Shown here in pieces: positions 59,957-64,000 of a DNA stretch of 64,000 nucleotides. Under the pieces are notes generated by a model. The model made no database searches. It saw only the letters and a list, made by a program, of their open reading frames with translations, and was not told where the DNA came from. The stretch is from an uncultured Rhodospirillaceae bacterium. Its GTDB lineage: Bacteria; Pseudomonadota; Alphaproteobacteria; Dongiales; Dongiaceae. Made by a program: the position numbers and the translations under genes. The stretch's first letter is position 1; each line of letters begins with the position of its first letter. Location: NCBI GenBank assembly GCA_964551315.1, contig CAZKCM010000018.1, positions 3,423-67,422 of the forward strand. Direction: 5' to 3'.

Positions 59957-60439
59957 TCAGTGTCGTCGCCGGCTCAGAAGCCGGTCGGCCTGCCGTTTCT
60001 GGTCGTCCGTCATCGCGGCGTACAGGGGATCGAACGCCGTTCGGATGCTCTGGATCGTCTCCGCGCCCGTCTCGGCGAACCGCTGCCACCGCTCGAGGCG
60101 ATCGACGGCGCTGATCGGTCCCTCGTCCCGGGCGGCCCGGCGCTCCTCGCGGAGCTGCTGGAAGCGGGCGGCGCCATCGCGCAGCGCTTCGGCGAAGGCG
60201 TTCCATTGCGGCTCCTGCTCTTCGGTGATCGCAAGCTCCGCCTTCAGGAAGGCGATCCAGCCTTCGGTGTGTCGGCCGAAGAAGGGACCGTGCCAGCCCA
60301 TGCCGCGCCCCCCCTCGCTCATCCAGCCATGCGCGCGATGGACCATCCGGCCCTCGGCCCGGTCGCCAAGGGCGGGGGTCGCGGCGAGCCCAACGGCGAA
60401 GATGGCGGCCAGCGCCGCCGCTCCATAGATCGGTCTCAT
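59957..60439 (-). CDS. Spy/CpxP-like (LTXXQ) periplasmic protein
   Basis: Signal peptide, His/Gly/Met-rich linker, LKAELAIT..Q..W, LYAAMTDDQK..AD. Confidence 0.85.
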   Translation of the reverse strand: MRPIYGAAALAAIFAVGLAATPALGDRAEGRMVHRAHGWMSEGGRGMGWHGPFFGRHTEGWIAFLKAELAITEEQEPQWNAFAEALRDGAARFQQLREERRAARDEGPISAVDRLERWQRFAETGAETIQSIRTAFDPLYAAMTDDQKRQADRLLSRRRH

Positions 60440-60639
60440 GCTGTGTTCCCTCGGTTGCTTTCGGGACTGTTCCCATAGGGAGCGATACAGGAGGGTCGTT
60501 GCGCGGCGACGTGCCGCGCGTTTCGCGCTTGTTTCACGGGGCCGGGATTCTGTAACGAACCATTGCAGAGGGCGCCGGTGAAACATTTCGTTGCAAGAAT
60601 CTCGCAAGCAGGTGCACGGCCGCGGCTATGATCCGGACC

Positions 60640-61383
60640 ATGGAGCCTGGACCCCGAATCCTGATCGTCGACGACGACCGGGAGATCCGCGATCTGCTCG
60701 CCCGCTTCCTGTCGCGGCACGGCTACCGCGTCGCCACGGCGGCCGACGGCCGGGCGATGCAGCAGGTGCTGCGCGACGGCCGCGTCGACCTGATCGTCCT
60801 CGACCTGATGCTGCCCGGGGAGGACGGGCTCGTCCTGTGCCGGCGTCTGCGCGCGGATTCGGACGTTCCGATCATCATGCTGACGGCGATGGGAGAGGAC
60901 ATCGACCGCATCGTCGGGCTCGAGGTCGGCGCCGACGACTACCTGCCGAAGCCGTTCAACCCGCGCGAGCTGCTCGCGCGCATCCGCGCGGTGCTGCGCC
61001 GTTTCGAGGCGGCGGCGCGCGTTCCCCTGCCGCCGGAGGAGGGCGCCTTGCTGTTCTCGGGCTGGCGGCTCGACCCGGCGGCGCGGCGGCTCACGGATCC
61101 GGAGGGGCGGGACGTCGCCCTTACGGCGGCGGAGTTCAATCTGCTCCTGGCCTTCGCCCAGCGCCCGAACCGGGTCCTGACACGGGACCAGCTCCTCGAC
61201 CTGTCGCGCGGGCGTGACGCGGCGCCCTTCGACCGCAGCGTCGATGTGCAGATCAGCCGGCTGCGCCGGAAGATCGAGCAGGACCCGGCCAGGCCCGAGC
61301 TGATCCGGACGGTTCGCGGCGGCGGCTACGCGTTCAGCGCCGTGGTCGAGCGGGAGGCGCCCGATGCGCGGTCTTCCGGATAG
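60640..61383 (+). CDS. OmpR-family response regulator
   Basis: ILIVDDD, LDLMLPGEDG, GADDYLPKPF, DRSVDVQISRLRRK. Confidence 0.93.
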   Translation: MEPGPRILIVDDDREIRDLLARFLSRHGYRVATAADGRAMQQVLRDGRVDLIVLDLMLPGEDGLVLCRRLRADSDVPIIMLTAMGEDIDRIVGLEVGADDYLPKPFNPRELLARIRAVLRRFEAAARVPLPPEEGALLFSGWRLDPAARRLTDPEGRDVALTAAEFNLLLAFAQRPNRVLTRDQLLDLSRGRDAAPFDRSVDVQISRLRRKIEQDPARPELIRTVRGGGYAFSAVVEREAPDARSSG

Positions 61384-62725
61384 CATCGCCGGGCGGACGA
61401 CCCTGGCGCTCGTCGTCGGGGTCGTCCTCATCCTGATTGTCGGCACCACGGCGTCGTCGCTGCTTCTGCTCGGCGAAGACGGTCCGTGGCGCCCGGGGGT
61501 GCTGGCCCGGCGGGTCGAAACCGCCGTTTCGGTCATGGACGGTCTGCCGGCGGCGCTCCGGCCGGACGCGGCTTCCGCGCTCGGCCGCCGTGGGCTGCAG
61601 GTCGAGTGGCGGCCCGACCCGCCCGAGGCGCTCGGCCGGCCTGCGGACCGGGCGACCCTCCGGATAGAGCGACGGCTCCAAGGGCTCCTGCGGCGCGCGG
61701 GCGCACGGTCCGTCGCCGTCGGCCAGGGCGACGAACCGGACTCCACGATGATCCAGGTGGAGCTTTCCGACGGCAGCTGGTTGACCTTCGCCGCCGCCGG
61801 GGGGCTGCAGGGTCCCAATCACCTCCTTCGCTTTCTGGTGATGGTGGCCATCATCGGCGGCGGTCTCGTGCTTCTGGCCGTCTGGGTGGCGCGGTGGGTG
61901 ACGGCGCCGCTGGGGCGCTTTGCGGCCGCGGCGGCGGCACTGGGAGCCGATGTCGGCGCGCCGCCGATGAGCGAGACGGGGCCGGCCGAAATCAGGAAGG
62001 CGGCGGTGGCCTTCAACCTCATGCAGCGGCGCATCCGCCGCTTCCTCGACGAGCGGATGCAGATGCTGGCCGCCGCGTCGCACGACCTGCGCACGCCGAT
62101 CACCCGCCTGCGGCTGCGGGCCGAGTTCGTCGAGGATGAGGAGCAGCGGCAGAAGATGCTCAAGGACCTCGACGAGATGGAGGCCCTGATCGGTGCGGTC
62201 CTCGCCTTCGCGCGCGAGGAGGCGGCGAGCGAGGCCGCCGGGCCGATCGATCTCGCGGTCCTGCTCCGCGACGTCCGGTCAGGCCTGGTCGAGACCGGCC
62301 ATTCGGTCACCGTCGAGGGACCGGAGCATCTCGCCCTCCGCGGCCGCCCGATCGCCCTGAAGCGCGCCTTCGCCAACCTTATCGCCAACGCCGTGACCTA
62401 TGGCGGCTACGCGCGCGTCCGGCTCTCGGCGGAGGAGGGGCGGATCGTCGTCACGATCGACGACGGCGGGCCCGGGATTCCCGAGGCGGAGCGGGAAAAG
62501 GTCTTTGCGCCCTTCTATCGGCTGGAGCGCTCCCGCAGCCGCGAAACGGGTGGGACGGGCCTCGGCCTCTCGGTGGCCCGGAGCGTGATCCGCGCCCATG
62601 GCGGCGAGATCGCGCTGTCGGACCGCCCGGACGGCGGCGGCCTCCGGCAAACGGTGACGCTGCCGGTGAAGCCGGCCGGCGACCGCCTCACGGGGTCCGG
62701 TTGCGGCGACCTTCGGCCCGCCTGA
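61364..62725 (+). CDS. HAMP sensor histidine kinase
   Basis: Two TMs, HAMP, SHDLRTP, NLIANA, DGGPGI, GTGLGL. Confidence 0.92.
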   Translation: MRGLPDSIAGRTTLALVVGVVLILIVGTTASSLLLLGEDGPWRPGVLARRVETAVSVMDGLPAALRPDAASALGRRGLQVEWRPDPPEALGRPADRATLRIERRLQGLLRRAGARSVAVGQGDEPDSTMIQVELSDGSWLTFAAAGGLQGPNHLLRFLVMVAIIGGGLVLLAVWVARWVTAPLGRFAAAAAALGADVGAPPMSETGPAEIRKAAVAFNLMQRRIRRFLDERMQMLAAASHDLRTPITRLRLRAEFVEDEEQRQKMLKDLDEMEALIGAVLAFAREEAASEAAGPIDLAVLLRDVRSGLVETGHSVTVEGPEHLALRGRPIALKRAFANLIANAVTYGGYARVRLSAEEGRIVVTIDDGGPGIPEAEREKVFAPFYRLERSRSRETGGTGLGLSVARSVIRAHGGEIALSDRPDGGGLRQTVTLPVKPAGDRLTGSGCGDLRPA

Positions 62726-62875
62726 CTGCCCGCCCGCCAGGCGCTGCCGAACGGCGCTCGTCGCCCGTCCCGGCGTCCGCGAGACAAGAAAAGAATCGCA
62801 TGGCGGGCCGGGTCCGGCGTCATTATGCTCTAGATCGGGCGCGGACCGCGAAACCGGCGAGGAGGGGCTCGCGCC

Positions 62876-64000
62876 ATGATGACGCCGCGGGAACACGCCC
62901 AGACGGCTGCGGCGGCCCTGCATCAGGTCCTGCGCATCTCGTTCGACGATTTCGATGCCGAACGCACCGCCGCGGTCATCGAGCGGGCCATAAGGCACGC
63001 CACGCAGGAGCGCGACGCGCGCGCCCGGCGGCGGCTGAAGGAGGCGCAGGCGGCGGCGCAGGAGCGTCTGGCGCAATTGCTGCGCTCGTCGCCGGCGGTG
63101 ATCTACAGCTTCAGGGCGACCGGCGATTTCGCGCCGACCTTCGTCAGCGGCAACATCGCCGATGTGTTCGGCTACGCGCCGGCCGAGTACCTGGAAAACC
63201 CCTCCTTCTGGCGCGACCGGGTGCATCCCGACGATCTGGCCCGCGTCGAGGAAGCGGTTTCCCGGTTCTTCCTGAACGGGGTCCACGCGGTCGAATATCG
63301 CTTTCGCCGCAAGGACGGCTCCTACTGCTGGGTCAATGACGAGCAGCATCTGATCCGCGGCGCCGACGGCAAGCCGTTGGAGATCGTCGGATCCTGGAGC
63401 GACATCTCGGCGCGCAAGGCGGCGGAGGAGGCGAAGGCCGCGGCGCATGCCCGCCTGTCCCTGCTGCTCACCAGCTCGCCCGCCGTGATCTACAGCTACA
63501 AGGCAACGGGTGACTACGCGCCGACCTTCGTCAGCCCGAACATACGGGACTGCCTCGGCTACGCGCCGGAGGCGTATCTGGAGGATGCGGATTTCTGGCG
63601 CCGCCACGTGCACCCCGACGACCTCGCCGCGGTGGAGGCCGAGTCCGCCGTCCTGTACAGGGACGGCCGGCACACCGTCGAGTACCGCTTCCGCAAGAAG
63701 GACGGCACCTACTGCTGGGTGAACGACGCGCAGCAATTGATCCGGGACGAGGACGGCCAGCCGGTCGAGGTGGTCGGCTCCTGGAGCGACGTCACCGCGC
63801 GGAGGCAGGCGGAAGACGCGGTGGCGGCCGCCCGAAGCCGCCTCGAGCACCTGCTCGCCAGCTCGCCGGCGGTGATCTACAGCTTCAAGGCGGCGGGTGA
63901 CTACGCGCCGACCTTCATAAGCCGGAACGTGAAGGACCTGCTCGGCTATGATCGCGAGGAATATCTTGAGAGCCCGGATTTCTGGCAAAGCCGCATCCAT
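62876..64000 (+). CDS. Tandem PAS_3-repeat signalling protein, 3'-truncated (absent from ORF track)
   Basis: ATG after GAGGAGG, frame open to window end; three units SSPAVIYS(F/Y).A.GD(F/Y)APTF at 387-bp period. Confidence 0.88.
   Translation, partial: MMTPREHAQTAAAALHQVLRISFDDFDAERTAAVIERAIRHATQERDARARRRLKEAQAAAQERLAQLLRSSPAVIYSFRATGDFAPTFVSGNIADVFGYAPAEYLENPSFWRDRVHPDDLARVEEAVSRFFLNGVHAVEYRFRRKDGSYCWVNDEQHLIRGADGKPLEIVGSWSDISARKAAEEAKAAAHARLSLLLTSSPAVIYSYKATGDYAPTFVSPNIRDCLGYAPEAYLEDADFWRRHVHPDDLAAVEAESAVLYRDGRHTVEYRFRKKDGTYCWVNDAQQLIRDEDGQPVEVVGSWSDVTARRQAEDAVAAARSRLEHLLASSPAVIYSFKAAGDYAPTFISRNVKDLLGYDREEYLESPDFWQSRIH

Overview
High-GC alphaproteobacterial chromosome segment, probably Rhodospirillales-like (inferred from MucR, CtrA-type boxes, the map/radC/sfsA/cinA synteny and a CGTC-type REP). 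Layout: (i) 1-12.4 kb metabolic and housekeeping genes, including a possibly imported arsR-SRPBCC-DHFR cassette; (ii) tRNA-Leu(TAA) at 12477-12565, then a ~0.9 kb integrase-less mini-island carrying only a TumE/DUF6516-like toxin-antitoxin pair and ending in a decayed copy of the tRNA 3' half; (iii) a signalling block with an HWE kinase, Crp, SAM methyltransferase, FecR-domain protein, CHASE2 cyclase and a near-consensus CRP box; (iv) mucR, several small proteins and a ~26 kb exosortase A/PEP-CTERM exopolysaccharide locus (wza to prsKRT and the TIGR03013-type sugar transferase), with AT-rich promoter patches and two perfect CtrA-type TTAA-N7-TTAA boxes in this block; (v) a PepSY/two-component/17-kDa lipoprotein module, amidohydrolases, NAD kinase, a Spy-OmpR-kinase module and a truncated tandem-PAS protein. 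I found no CRISPR array, rRNA, transposase or integrase. All family assignments come from motif recognition by eye, not database searches.
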